Assembly: GCA_016189025.1 (NCBI GenBank)
Contig: JACPGS010000018.1
Coordinates: 6,921 to 70,920 of the forward strand
Source of the DNA: Candidatus Magasanikiibacteriota bacterium
GTDB taxonomy: Bacteria; Patescibacteriota; Patescibacteriia; Magasanikbacterales; GWA2-37-8
Length of the DNA: 64,000 nucleotides
Direction of reading: 5' to 3'
Positions 1 through 10,000 of the stretch are shown one piece after another. The notes beneath the pieces were generated by a model, which was given only the letters and a program-made list of their open reading frames with translations, was not told the DNA's origin and ran no database searches. The stretch's first letter is position 1. Each line of letters opens with the position of its first letter. Position numbers and translations under genes: made by a program.

Positions 1-2
1 CG

Positions 3-335
3 GGAGCAGGTGACCTGTATGTGCGCGTGCACGTGCGGCCCTCCAAAATTTTTCACCGCGAGGGGTTTGACGTGTATACGGAAAGTGAAATTAATTTTGT
101 CCAAGCCACGCTCGGCGATACCATCCCGGTGGAAACGCTGGAAGGTACCGTGCAGGTAGTAGTGCCCGCGGGTACCGAATCCGGACAGCTCATTCGGCTG
201 CGGGGCAAGGGCATTCCCCAGCTGGGGCGCGGCGCCGGGCGCGGCGATCATTATCTGCGGGTAAAAATCCAGGTGCCGAAAAAAGTAAGCCGGAGCGCGC
301 GGAAATTACTAGAGGAGTTGCGCGCCGAGCTATAG
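3..335 (+). CDS. dnaJ: DnaJ chaperone, C-terminal part (5' end outside window)
   Basis: GDLYVRVHV...F.REG.D...I.F.QA.LG..I.V.TL.G...GT.SG...RLRGKG...RGD...V.VP matches the DnaJ C-terminal domain. Confidence 0.92.
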   Translation, partial: GAGDLYVRVHVRPSKIFHREGFDVYTESEINFVQATLGDTIPVETLEGTVQVVVPAGTESGQLIRLRGKGIPQLGRGAGRGDHYLRVKIQVPKKVSRSARKLLEELRAEL

Positions 336-338
336 CAT

Positions 339-440
339 TGTCATTCCCGTGTAAACGGGAATCTAGTCAATAAGACATTCGGCTTAAAAGCTGGATTCCT
401 ACTGGAGTTTACCCTCGCGAAAGCGGGGGCGGGAATGACA
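339..440. repeat. Palindromic REP/RPE-like element (family C, TGTCATTCCC...GGGAATGACA)
   Basis: Terminal inverted repeat with internal hairpins; related copies at 26175, 41409, 62030, 63213 and 63612. Confidence 0.85.
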
Positions 441-481
441 TTCCTTGCGTCGGCATACCAATATGGTATGCTGATTTTGTT

Positions 482-1003
482 ATGGCCTCGGGTGCTAAAA
501 ATTTTGAGCAGTTCTATACTCAACACTTTGGCAAAGTGTTCCGCTTTGTGTTTTTCCGTTGTAACGGCGATCGGGCGCTGGCCGAAGATTTAGTGTCGGA
601 AATTTTTCTGAAAGCGCTGAATCATTTTGCCGCTTACGACGAAGCGCGCAGCCGGAGCGCCTGGATTATGACGATTACCCGCCATCACCTGGCGAATTTC
701 TGGCGCGATCGCAAACCCACCGTCGCGCTGGATGCGTTCGGCGGCAGCGAGGCGGAGGGAGAGGGAACACCGGCTGAACCTTGGTCAGTGGCGACTTCCC
801 GTCTGGCGCAAGAACAAAAAGCAGCCACTCTAGAGGCGCAGGAATTTTTGGCTAAGCTTGCCCCCAACGAGCGGGAAATTGTAACTTTGCACTATTTGGC
901 GGGGTATAGTTATGCAGAAATTGCGGAGCTGGTCGGGAGTACTGCGGGCGCGGTCAAAGTGGCGGCGCATCGGGCGATCAAGCGGCTCCGTGATTTCTTG
1001 TAG
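482..1003 (+). CDS. ECF (sigma-70 family) RNA polymerase sigma factor
   Basis: Region 2 (AEDLVSEIFLKA...W..TI.R) and region 4 (L...ERE...L.Y..G.SY.EIA...G...G.VK...HRA). Confidence 0.92.
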   Translation: MASGAKNFEQFYTQHFGKVFRFVFFRCNGDRALAEDLVSEIFLKALNHFAAYDEARSRSAWIMTITRHHLANFWRDRKPTVALDAFGGSEAEGEGTPAEPWSVATSRLAQEQKAATLEAQEFLAKLAPNEREIVTLHYLAGYSYAEIAELVGSTAGAVKVAAHRAIKRLRDFL

Positions 1004-1004
1004 A

Positions 1005-1128
1005 TAGGGCTGGCGCGTTTGGCGCATTTCGGCGTTGTCACCTGCGCTACTCACTCGCCGTATTATTAAATACGTCTCGTTCCGTTGCTCGGTGCCGCCT
1101 TGAACTGCATCCAAACGCACCAGCCCTA
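1005..1128. repeat. Long imperfect inverted repeat between the sigma and anti-sigma genes
   Basis: TAGGGCTGGCGCGTTTGG ... CCAAACGCACCAGCCCTA arms around a structured core. Confidence 0.7.
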
Positions 1129-1157
1129 ATAGATTTTAGTACGGATTAATTAAAGAT

Positions 1158-2120
1158 ATGTCCTGGCGCGTGCGCTATTATTTGTGGCAAGAACGGCGGC
1201 GGTTGGCCCCCCGGCCGCGTTTTCAGCGTGCGCTAAAGGAGCGGCTGGCGGTAGTGGCAAGGGAGCGTTACGGCGAGAGACCGCGCTGGCGGTGGCGGTA
1301 TCGCCTGGTGCGCCTGGCCTCCGGGGCGCTCGCCGGGGTGATTGGCGTAGCTAGTGTTTCCACCGGCGCCTATGCCTATGTCAGCCCGGAGGTAACGCCA
1401 GCCTCGGCGCTCTACCCGGTGAAGCACGCTTTGGAGCGGGTGGCCGAACGCTGGCCGCGCTCGGATGAGAAACAGGCGCGTTTTTATGCGCGCCAACTAG
1501 AGCGCCGCGAAGCCGAAGCGCAGGTAGCGGCGATGCGGGGAGAATCGTCCGAGAGAATCGCCGAGCGGATCGAGCAGATTGAGCAGCGTCTGGTAGCAAT
1601 TGCCGAGAAATTAGCCGCTACCCAGAAACCGTTACCAGTGCCAGCACGCGTACGTCTAGAGCGTAAGCAAGAACGCCTGGAAAAGAAATACCAGCAATTG
1701 TTAGATCGGCAATCAGGGCCTGTTTCAATACCAGGAACGGCTAAGGCGGGGGCGACCACTGCTACTCCTGCCACCACCGAACGCACGCTACCCTCATCGG
1801 CTCGCTCCGTTCCCTGGCGGAAAAATAATAAACCGGATTCCGATTTGATACTTCCCCCGGCGGAGTCAGCCGCAGCGTTGCGATTGGGCGCGCCGGCAGA
1901 AAAAGTAAAACCATCTTCTCCCGATCAATCCACTAAAGCAAATCAGAGCCGACCAGATCAAGAAAAACCTGCCGCTCCTTCACTAGTGCCCACCTCTTCA
2001 GTTGAGCTCAATTCAGTAAACCTACCCGATTCGGTTGCCTCGGACCGGCGGGTAGCGCGTCCGCGTCTTAAACCAGCCGGCCGCCATGATGACACTGCTA
2101 AACAGATAAAGAAACCGTGA
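1158..2120 (+). CDS. Putative anti-sigma factor-like membrane protein (DUF5667-like, low-complexity tail)
   Basis: Follows the ECF sigma; single TM segment, then P...LYPVK.A.E motif, coiled coil and P/S/T-rich tail. Confidence 0.6.
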   Translation: MSWRVRYYLWQERRRLAPRPRFQRALKERLAVVARERYGERPRWRWRYRLVRLASGALAGVIGVASVSTGAYAYVSPEVTPASALYPVKHALERVAERWPRSDEKQARFYARQLERREAEAQVAAMRGESSERIAERIEQIEQRLVAIAEKLAATQKPLPVPARVRLERKQERLEKKYQQLLDRQSGPVSIPGTAKAGATTATPATTERTLPSSARSVPWRKNNKPDSDLILPPAESAAALRLGAPAEKVKPSSPDQSTKANQSRPDQEKPAAPSLVPTSSVELNSVNLPDSVASDRRVARPRLKPAGRHDDTAKQIKKP

Positions 2121-2126
2121 GCGGAC

Positions 2127-2528
2127 TTATGCCTGTTTGTCTAGCACCTTATTTACCTCGGCGTCCGCGGCGCGATTATTATGGCGCAAGGTGTGGCGGT
2201 AACTGACCTGCTTAAAAGCGGCCGCCGCGTTGAATACCGCCACGAATAATTTTTGCAAGGTTGGCTCTTTCACCCGATATTTGCCCAGCAGCTGCTTAAC
2301 CACCAGTTCGCTGTCCAAAATGCATTCCACTTCGGTTGCCCCGAGGTGCTTTGCTTTTTTGAGTCCGGAAAGCAAGGCGGAATACTCAGCAAAATTATTT
2401 GTCTGAATGCCCAGATATTCGCCGTAAGCGGCCAGAGTTTTACCGGCCGTATTTTTTATTACCACGCCCGTGGCCGCCGGACCGGGGTTGCCCCGGGCGC
2501 CGCCGTCGGTGTGAATGATTACTTTCAT
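2127..2528 (-). CDS. rnhA: Ribonuclease HI
   Basis: TDGGARGNPGPA, TNN.AEY, DSELVVKQ and N..AD motifs. Confidence 0.93.
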   Translation of the reverse strand: MKVIIHTDGGARGNPGPAATGVVIKNTAGKTLAAYGEYLGIQTNNFAEYSALLSGLKKAKHLGATEVECILDSELVVKQLLGKYRVKEPTLQKLFVAVFNAAAAFKQVSYRHTLRHNNRAADAEVNKVLDKQA

Positions 2529-2597
2529 AATCGCAATTGATGACGCCGGTTATTGGGCTAAAATATATCAATTTTCTCGCGGTCAAACTCCTTCACA

Positions 2598-3944
2598 TCA
2601 ATAATTCAATTCCCACAGCCCCTCCTGGTTTTGGTAAATTCCGGCAAAGAACAGGCGCCGGCGTTTGGGGTCAGCCGCTAATCGGCGCACTACGGCCGGA
2701 ATAAAATCATGGCTGACCTGATAATAGGGAAAGAAGGCGGTAACTCGATCCGGCAACACCAGCGCCAGCGTATTGTATTCATCCAGGGGAACGGCATCGG
2801 CATACGGCTCGCCCGAGCGCAACAGCAGCGTCGGCGCCGCGCCGTGGCGGTATTCCCTTAATTCCCAGGGGCTTCCCAATAGCCACCAGTCGTTAAACGG
2901 CGAGCGGCGGAAATAACTCCCTGGTATAGTAAATTCTGCGGCGGCGGTCAACAGGCGGCGCTCCGGCCCCGGCCGCTCCACCAGCACGCTGTCGGGGGCA
3001 GCCTGCACCAGGCGCCAGGGAAAACGCCGGGCATTATTATCGGCCGGTAAAGTTTTCCAGAGGGAACGGAACCCCAGCGCATTGCGGATTAATTCCCAGC
3101 GGTTAGCAGCCGGCGCCAGCCGCAGCAGCCATAACCCATTGGCGCTGGCCTGCCAGTCAGCGCCCGCGAGTTCTGTCAGCCGCAGCATTTTTCGGGTAGT
3201 AGGCGACCACTGGAAGAGTGTGGTGGAAGTGCTAAGATACAATATCGTTTCTTCCGGCAGCCATTGCCATTTGGTAATCGCGGCGCTGGTCGGGGTATTC
3301 AGTATGGTCGGCGGGCCGGGTTCTTTGGCGTTAATCAGCGCCAGCTGGCTGCTGGAGGGAGTAGTAATCGAGAGAATACCATATGGCTCGCGTTCCGCCC
3401 AGCGCCAATCAACTTCCGTTTCCCGGGCAAGGGCAGTTAACAGGGTAAGCTCTTCCTTTTTCAGGTCAGTGAGCCAGATTTCCTGCCGGTTCTGATTTTG
3501 GTTTACGGTGATCAGGTAATTGCCTCCCGGCGACAAAAATAGTTGGTCAATCCGGCCGCGCCGCCGCCGCCGCGGCGTTTGGTTTTTCAGCAGGCCGATG
3601 TCTTTAAAATAAATCGTTTGTTGATTATGCAGAGTTACCGCGGTTTGCCAGCGGTGGTAGCCGGTGGCATCCAGCACCAGGCTGTACTGGCGGGGCGTCA
3701 GATTATTAAGGCGATAAGGCATTTTCCCTTTGGCGGCCACGCCGTTGAGGATAAGTTTAGCGGTGGCGGGTTCAATATCCACGCTGATGCTGCCGGTGGT
3801 GCGCCAGATACCGCGCCGCCAGTCCAGCTGATAGCCGGCGGTGGAAAGTATCACCAGAGGAGCGATAATGAGAAAGGCAATGATGAAGCCACCCAGCAGC
3901 AGCAAGCGCAGCGGGCGGGTAAACCGGGTGCCGGGGTATTCCAT
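2598..3944 (-). CDS. PEGA-domain membrane-anchored protein
   Basis: N-terminal TM, then TG.I.V...P..A.L.LNG...L.NL.P..Y.L.L...GY..W, then a beta-propeller-like region; ATG at 3944 chosen as start. Confidence 0.7.
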   Translation of the reverse strand: MEYPGTRFTRPLRLLLLGGFIIAFLIIAPLVILSTAGYQLDWRRGIWRTTGSISVDIEPATAKLILNGVAAKGKMPYRLNNLTPRQYSLVLDATGYHRWQTAVTLHNQQTIYFKDIGLLKNQTPRRRRRGRIDQLFLSPGGNYLITVNQNQNRQEIWLTDLKKEELTLLTALARETEVDWRWAEREPYGILSITTPSSSQLALINAKEPGPPTILNTPTSAAITKWQWLPEETILYLSTSTTLFQWSPTTRKMLRLTELAGADWQASANGLWLLRLAPAANRWELIRNALGFRSLWKTLPADNNARRFPWRLVQAAPDSVLVERPGPERRLLTAAAEFTIPGSYFRRSPFNDWWLLGSPWELREYRHGAAPTLLLRSGEPYADAVPLDEYNTLALVLPDRVTAFFPYYQVSHDFIPAVVRRLAADPKRRRLFFAGIYQNQEGLWELNY

Positions 3945-4068
3945 AGTAGAAATTAGCAATTAGCAATTAGCAGCTTTGTTAATTGTTCATTGCTAATTAT
4001 TAAATATCGGTATATACTATTCAAACTCATCTCATCATACTCTAGCGCTTGTTTATCGTCAAAGTTGT

Positions 4069-5373
4069 ATGTCTTACCTGGTAATTAACGGCGGGAAACC
4101 GCTCCGCGGGAGCGTTACGGTGCAAGCCAATAAAAATTCAGCGCTCTCCATTATTGCGGCTAGTCTCTTGATTCGGGGGCGCACGGTTTTGCGCGACGTG
4201 CCGGTGATTGATGACGTGGAGCATTTATTGACGTTGTTGGTATCCCTGGGGGTGAAGGTGAAGCGGCAGGGACGCCGGGTGGTAATTGATGCGAAAGGTC
4301 CGCTTAAACTGTCAGCCTTAAGCAAACCCGCCGCGGGCGCCACGCGGGCGGCGCTTCTGCTCTGGGGGGCGCTGGCCTCCCGCGCCAGGCAGTATCGCCT
4401 GTATCGCGCCGGCGGGTGCCACCTGGGCGAGCGCACGGTGCGGCCGCATCTTTATGCTCTGGCTAAATTAGGTTTGCAGATTGCGGCGCAAGGCAATTAT
4501 TATACGGTGCGGGCGCCGGCCCGGTTGCGGGGGGCGTCCGTGGTGATGTACGAATCCGGCGATACCGCGACGGAAAATGTTATTCTGGCGGCGGTGCTGG
4601 CGCGGGGCACGACGATTGTTAAATTCGCCTCGGCCAATTATATGGTGCAGGATTTGTGTTATTTTTTACAGGCGGCCGGCGCCCAGATTGAAGGCATCGG
4701 CACCACCACGCTTACCATTCGCGGCGTCAGCGCGCTCCGGCCGGTGCAGAATTATCCTATCATGCCCGATCCGATTGTGGCGATGACTTTGCTCTCGGCC
4801 GGCATCGCTACCGGCTCACGCTTGACGGTGCGTAATTGTCCGTTGGAGTTTTTAGAGTTGGAGTTGGAGAAGTTGGCGGTGATGGGGCAGCGTTTTACCG
4901 TCAGCCACGGTCGCCCGTCGGGGAACGGCCAGTTCATGATCGGCGACATTACGATATTCCCCGGCCGTCTGCGGGCCCTGCCGGACAAAATTTACGGCCG
5001 TCCTTTCCCCGGTCTTAACATTGATAATCTGGTGCTGTTTATTCCCATTCTGGCCCGGGCCGCGGGCCGCACTCTGGTGCACGACTGGGCTTACGAAAAT
5101 CGCGCCCTGTACAGTCTGGAGCTGCAGAAGCTGGGAGTGCAGGTAACCCTGCTTGATCCGCATCGGTTGTTTGTAGAAGGCCCCACTAAATTTGAGCCGA
5201 ATGAAATCATCTGCCCGCCGGCGCTCCGGCCCGCGGTAAATATTTTAATCGGGATGCTGGCGGCGCCGGGTCGCTCGATTCTGCGTAATCACAGCATTAT
5301 TGACCGGGGTTACGAAAATTTATATGCGCTCTTGAATTCTTTGGGGGCCGATGTTACAATAGTTCGTAGTTAG
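4069..5373 (+). CDS. murA: UDP-N-acetylglucosamine 1-carboxyvinyltransferase
   Basis: I.GG.PL.G.V....NKNSAL, GGC.LG.R, ATEN, PFPG and IDRGYE motifs. Confidence 0.93.
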   Translation: MSYLVINGGKPLRGSVTVQANKNSALSIIAASLLIRGRTVLRDVPVIDDVEHLLTLLVSLGVKVKRQGRRVVIDAKGPLKLSALSKPAAGATRAALLLWGALASRARQYRLYRAGGCHLGERTVRPHLYALAKLGLQIAAQGNYYTVRAPARLRGASVVMYESGDTATENVILAAVLARGTTIVKFASANYMVQDLCYFLQAAGAQIEGIGTTTLTIRGVSALRPVQNYPIMPDPIVAMTLLSAGIATGSRLTVRNCPLEFLELELEKLAVMGQRFTVSHGRPSGNGQFMIGDITIFPGRLRALPDKIYGRPFPGLNIDNLVLFIPILARAAGRTLVHDWAYENRALYSLELQKLGVQVTLLDPHRLFVEGPTKFEPNEIICPPALRPAVNILIGMLAAPGRSILRNHSIIDRGYENLYALLNSLGADVTIVRS

Positions 5374-5398
5374 TAATTTATTTATTAGGGATTTTACT

Positions 5399-6640
5399 AT
5401 GCAGGCACGCACTACCCGCCGTCGGGTAAATTTTTCCCTGGGCATTTTGTTGTTTGTGGTTGCTTTCGGGTCGGGAGTATTGCTCGGCCAAGTAATGTAC
5501 GTGCGCGGCGGCACCGTAGCGGCCGTGGCAGAGGCCGAAGCGCCGACCCAGGTTTTTATTATTGATCGGCTGACCAACCGGTCGCCGGTAGTGGATTTTA
5601 ATCAATTTTGGTCAGTGTGGGATCGCGTCAAGTCAAAATTTGTCAAAACTGACGTGAAAGATGTTGATTTATTCTACGGCGCGGTGCAGGGAATGGTTTA
5701 TGCCTTAAATGATCCTTATTCCAGTTATTTCCCTCCTCAACCGGCAGCGGAATTTACCAAAAGTTTAGCCGGCGAATTCAGCGGCATCGGCATTGAAATC
5801 GGCATGAAGCAGAATCAGATTTTAGTAATTGCGCCCCTTCCCAATACGCCGGCAGAACGGGCGGGACTGCGGCCAGCCGATAAAATTATGGCGATAAACA
5901 AGCGGCCTACCGTGGGGATGGATTTGAACACGGCGGTAAACCTGATCCGGGGGCCAGAGGGCACCACCACCACGCTCACCATCGGGCGCGAAGGCTGGGC
6001 CAAACCGCGCGATTTTATCATCACCCGCAGCAAAATCAACGTGCCGGCGCTGATCTATTCGGTTAAGCCCGGCCGCGTCGGATATTTGCGGGTGATGCAG
6101 TTTAACGAGGATACCATGCGCGAGTTTGACCGCGTGGTGCGCCGGATTAAGCGCGACGGAATAACCGGCCTGATTGTTGACGTGCGCAATAACCCAGGGG
6201 GATTCCTGGATGCGGCGATTCAACTCTCTAGCGAATGGGTGCCCGAAGGGCGGATTGTCAGCGAACGTTTTCGCGATGGCCGCGAAAACGTGCACCAGAG
6301 CGTCGGGTTGCATCGCCTCTACGGGGTGCCGACCGTGGTGTTAGTGAACGGCGGTTCGGCTTCGGCTTCGGAAATTCTGGCCGGCGCCCTGGGCGACCAG
6401 GGGGCGGCTAAAATAATCGGCGAAAAAACTTACGGCAAGGGTTCGGTGCAGGATTTTGAAACTTTCCCAGACGGGTCGGCGCTCAAGCTGACGGTAGCCG
6501 AGTGGTATACGCCTAAAGGCACTAATATCAACGAGAAGGGAATTACGCCCGATATTGTGATGAAAATAGATTACGATAAAGAAAAAATCGGTACTGACGC
6601 CATGATTAACCGGGCGTTGCAGGAGCTGCGGAAGAAATAA
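5399..6640 (+). CDS. S41 family carboxy-terminal processing protease with PDZ domain
   Basis: DPYS, GIG, D.RNNPGG, SASASEI, GEKTYGKGSVQ and GI.PDI motifs. Confidence 0.93.
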   Translation: MQARTTRRRVNFSLGILLFVVAFGSGVLLGQVMYVRGGTVAAVAEAEAPTQVFIIDRLTNRSPVVDFNQFWSVWDRVKSKFVKTDVKDVDLFYGAVQGMVYALNDPYSSYFPPQPAAEFTKSLAGEFSGIGIEIGMKQNQILVIAPLPNTPAERAGLRPADKIMAINKRPTVGMDLNTAVNLIRGPEGTTTTLTIGREGWAKPRDFIITRSKINVPALIYSVKPGRVGYLRVMQFNEDTMREFDRVVRRIKRDGITGLIVDVRNNPGGFLDAAIQLSSEWVPEGRIVSERFRDGRENVHQSVGLHRLYGVPTVVLVNGGSASASEILAGALGDQGAAKIIGEKTYGKGSVQDFETFPDGSALKLTVAEWYTPKGTNINEKGITPDIVMKIDYDKEKIGTDAMINRALQELRKK

Positions 6641-6644
6641 GATA

Positions 6645-6674
6645 AAAGCCCCCCGACTAAGTCGGGGGGCTTTA
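6645..6674. terminator. Bidirectional intrinsic terminator built on the CCCGACTAAGTCGGG mini-hairpin
   Basis: AAAAGCCCCCCGAC-TAA-GTCGGGGGGCTTT between convergent genes. Confidence 0.75.
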
Positions 6675-6675
6675 G

Positions 6676-7560
6676 TTAAACTCGCTCCGGCCAATGGCGG
6701 TCTACTTCCACCTCCAGCTCCAGGTAGACTTTTTTACCCAGCGCCTGTTCCAGTTCGCGCCGCGCCGCCTGGCCGATTTCTTTAATCGCCCGTCCGCCGG
6801 CGCCGATGATCATTTGTTTATAGCGTTTATCGTTGGTCAGCACTTGCGCTTTAATCACGAAAATATCGGGTTTTTCTTCAATGCTTTCGGTCTCCACGGT
6901 GGTGGAATAGGGCACTTCTTTGCGCAGGGCCAGAAAAATTTTTTCCCGGATTAATTCCGCTACCCAGAATTCTTTGTCCACGTTGGTTAATTGCTCGGGC
7001 GGGTAAAGCGGTTCGCCGACGGGCAAAAGCGCAAAGACGCGGGCGATCAGCGGCTGAATATGGCGCGCCCGCAGCGCCGACAATTCAAACACGCCGTCAA
7101 ATTCCGGGACGAGCGCCCGGTAATCGGCCAGCCACTCTTTTTCCCCTTCGGGCAGGTCGCTTTTGTTAATCACCAGCAGTTTGGGAATTTTCAGTTTGCG
7201 CACCAGGGAGAGCAGGTATCTTTCTTCCGGGCCCAGGCTGCGCGTGGGGTCCGCGACATAAATAATCAAGTCAATTTCCTGCAGGGCTTCGTGCACTCGC
7301 GCTTCCAGCGTCCCGGACAGCGCGGTGCGGCGCTCTTTGAAGATGCCCGGCGTGTCAATAAATACGGCCTGGCCCGCCGGGTGGTTAAGCACGCCGTGAA
7401 TCAGGTGGCGGGTAGTCTGCGGTTTATGGGTAACGGCCGCGATTTTGGTGCCAATCAAGGTATTCAGCAGGGTGGATTTGCCGACGTTGGAGCGGCCGAC
7501 CAGGGTAACCAGGCCGGATTTAAGAGGAGCGGCAGCGGTGGATTTTGGCAAGGAGGGCAT
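6676..7560 (-). CDS. era: GTPase Era
   Basis: GRSNVGKSTL, KPQTTR, DTPG, NKSD and KH domain (IIG.GG..IK.IG). Confidence 0.96.
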   Translation of the reverse strand: MPSLPKSTAAAPLKSGLVTLVGRSNVGKSTLLNTLIGTKIAAVTHKPQTTRHLIHGVLNHPAGQAVFIDTPGIFKERRTALSGTLEARVHEALQEIDLIIYVADPTRSLGPEERYLLSLVRKLKIPKLLVINKSDLPEGEKEWLADYRALVPEFDGVFELSALRARHIQPLIARVFALLPVGEPLYPPEQLTNVDKEFWVAELIREKIFLALRKEVPYSTTVETESIEEKPDIFVIKAQVLTNDKRYKQMIIGAGGRAIKEIGQAARRELEQALGKKVYLELEVEVDRHWPERV

Positions 7561-7645
7561 AGATCAAGGTCAATTTTTAGCGGCTTGGCTAATTTTAGAG
7601 TATGTACTATAATATATCAAACCTGTTTAAGGCAAGAGCTAAGAT

Positions 7646-8086
7646 ATGAAAGTCATTCTCTTACAGCCAGTAGCCGGTTTAGGCGAATCAGATGAAATTA
7701 AGGAAGTAGCCGATGGTTATGCCCGGAATTTTTTGTTCCCGCGGCATCTGGCGGTACTGGCGTCGGAGCAGGCGGTGCAGGATTTAGCGGCGCGCCAAAA
7801 AAAAGCGGCCCGCGAGGCCGAGCGCGATTTGCGCGAGCAGCAGCAGCTGGCGGGGAAGGTGGATGGAGAAGAAATTGAAATTAGCGAGCGCGCCAGCGCC
7901 AAAGGCCAGTTGTATGCGGCAGTGGGTCCGGCCCGCGTTGCCCAGGCGCTCGCCGAGCGGAATTTGCCGGTTGCCCCCGAACAGATTGCAATGAAGCCGA
8001 TTAAGGAAGCCGGCACTTATCCGGTAAAAATTAAATTCCGCCACGGGCTGGAGGCGGAGGTGATAGTCATTATCAACACCGTCTGA
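7646..8086 (+). CDS. rplI: 50S ribosomal protein L9
   Basis: MKVILL..V.GLG.....[11 protein letters not shown]. Confidence 0.97.
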   Translation: MKVILLQPVAGLGESDEIKEVADGYARNFLFPRHLAVLASEQAVQDLAARQKKAAREAERDLREQQQLAGKVDGEEIEISERASAKGQLYAAVGPARVAQALAERNLPVAPEQIAMKPIKEAGTYPVKIKFRHGLEAEVIVIINTV

Positions 8087-8221
8087 TAATTTTAAGGTTT
8101 ACCTTTACCATTTGGTCCGCTTGATATTTATTTAGTTATCAGCAATCAGCAGATTCAGCAGATTCAGCCAACAATCAATTACTGATTACTGAATTTGCTG
8201 ATTTCTGAATCTGCTATCATT

Positions 8222-9856
8222 ATGCTTCGCACTAAATACCTCTTTGTGGTCGGCGGCGTGCTGTCGGGGGTGGGGAAGGGGATTACCGCTGCTTCCATCG
8301 GCCGGATGCTCGCGAACCGCGGGCTGAAAGTGTCGGCGATTAAAATTGACCCCTACATCAACGTGGACGCCGGCACCATGAATCCGGTGGAGCACGGCGA
8401 GGTATTTGTCACCGACGACGGCGACGAAACCGACCAGGATATCGGCAATTATGAGCGTTTTTTGGATACGGACATTACTTCCGTCAATTACCTGACCACC
8501 GGCCGGGTGTACCAGTCGGTAATTCAGAAAGAGCGCAGCATGAAGTATCGCGGCCACTGCGTGCAGGTGGTGCCCCACATACCTTTGGAAGTAGTGGAGC
8601 GCATTAAAGCCGCGGCGGCGGCTACCCGCGCCCAGCTCGTGATTGTGGAAGTCGGGGGCACGGTCGGCGAATACGAAAACATTTTGTTTCTGGAGGCGGC
8701 GCGAATGATGAAGCTGGCTACCCCCGACGACGTGGGGTTTGTCTTAGTCAGCTACCTGCCAATCCCCAGCCACCTCGGCGAAATGAAGACCAAGCCCACC
8801 CAGCATGCGGTGCGCGCGCTTAACAACAGCGGCGTGCAGCCGGATTTTATTGTCGCCCGCGGCAAAGATGAGCTGGATAAACCGCGGCGGGAAAAACTGG
8901 CGTATTTCTGCTCGTTGCGCTCGGAGGATGACGTAATCGCGGCGCCGGATGTGGGCAGCATCTACGAAGTGCCGGCCTTGTTTGAACGGCAGCATTTTCC
9001 CGAGCTGTTGGCGAAGCGCTTGAAGCTGCGTTTGCGCGACAAGAAAAACCGGCAGTGGCATCACTTCCTGCAGCGTCTGCACGGCGCCGCCACGCCGGTG
9101 AAGATCGCGGTGGTCGGCAAGTATTTTGGTTCTGGCAATTATACCCTGGCGGATTCTTACATCTCGGTGATTGAGGCTATTAAACATGCGGCTTGGAGCT
9201 TGGGCGCGCGGCCGGAGTTAACCTGGATTGATTCGGAAGAGTTTGAAGCGAACAGCGGCCGGGTGCGGGAGCTGAAAAATTACCAGGCGGTGATTGTGCC
9301 CGGCGGATTTGGCACGCGTGGGATTGAAGGCATTATCAGCGCCATTAAATTTATCCGCGAACAGAGCATTCCCTATCTGGGGCTCTGCTACGGCATGCAG
9401 CTCGCCTGTATTGAGTTTGCCCGCCATGTTCTGCATTTTGAGGGCGCCCATACCGTGGAGTGCCGTCCGGATAGTCCATATCTCGTGATTAATGTCAATC
9501 CGGCGCAAGCCAAAAACATCCGCGAAGATCGTTACGGCGGCACCATGCGCCTGGGGGCTTACCGTTGCCAGCTAAAACCAAAGACTAAAGTACAAAAATT
9601 GTACCGCGCCACCGAAGTCAGCGAGCGCCATCGCCACCGCTACGAATTCAATAATGATTTTCGGACGAAAATGGAGGAGGCCGGGTTCGGGGTCGTCGGC
9701 GTTAATCCCGAAGCCAATTTAGTGGAGATTATTGAGCTCGCTAATCATCCCTATTTTGTCGGTACCCAATTCCACCCGGAATTCAAATCGCGCCCGCTGC
9801 ATCCGCATCCTCTGTTTGTGGGTTTGATTAAAGCAGCCTTGGTACGTCAGCAGTGA
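8222..9856 (+). CDS. pyrG: CTP synthase
   Basis: GGV.SG.GKG, DPY.NVD.GTM.P..HGEVFV, GLCYGMQ, ERHRHRYE, QFHPEF; ATG at 8222 chosen as start. Confidence 0.97.
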   Translation: MLRTKYLFVVGGVLSGVGKGITAASIGRMLANRGLKVSAIKIDPYINVDAGTMNPVEHGEVFVTDDGDETDQDIGNYERFLDTDITSVNYLTTGRVYQSVIQKERSMKYRGHCVQVVPHIPLEVVERIKAAAAATRAQLVIVEVGGTVGEYENILFLEAARMMKLATPDDVGFVLVSYLPIPSHLGEMKTKPTQHAVRALNNSGVQPDFIVARGKDELDKPRREKLAYFCSLRSEDDVIAAPDVGSIYEVPALFERQHFPELLAKRLKLRLRDKKNRQWHHFLQRLHGAATPVKIAVVGKYFGSGNYTLADSYISVIEAIKHAAWSLGARPELTWIDSEEFEANSGRVRELKNYQAVIVPGGFGTRGIEGIISAIKFIREQSIPYLGLCYGMQLACIEFARHVLHFEGAHTVECRPDSPYLVINVNPAQAKNIREDRYGGTMRLGAYRCQLKPKTKVQKLYRATEVSERHRHRYEFNNDFRTKMEEAGFGVVGVNPEANLVEIIELANHPYFVGTQFHPEFKSRPLHPHPLFVGLIKAALVRQQ

Positions 9857-9865
9857 TATTATGAG

Positions 9866-9973
9866 ACTGTAGAAGAATACCGACGATAATCGTTATCCGC
9901 CTGGTCGCTGTCGCTATTGTTAGGATTGCCTGGTCGGTCGCCCCGACTTAGTCGGGGCGCCCTGATGCTAACT
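9866..9973 (+). repeat. Dispersed structured repeat family B, short variant
   Basis: ACTGTAGAAGAAT...GGTCGCTGTCGCTATTG...GGTCGGTCG[CCCCGACTTAGTCGGGG]CGCCCTGATGCTAACT. Confidence 0.8.
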
Positions 9974-10000
9974 GATTTTTTTCATCCTCATCCCTAGTAC

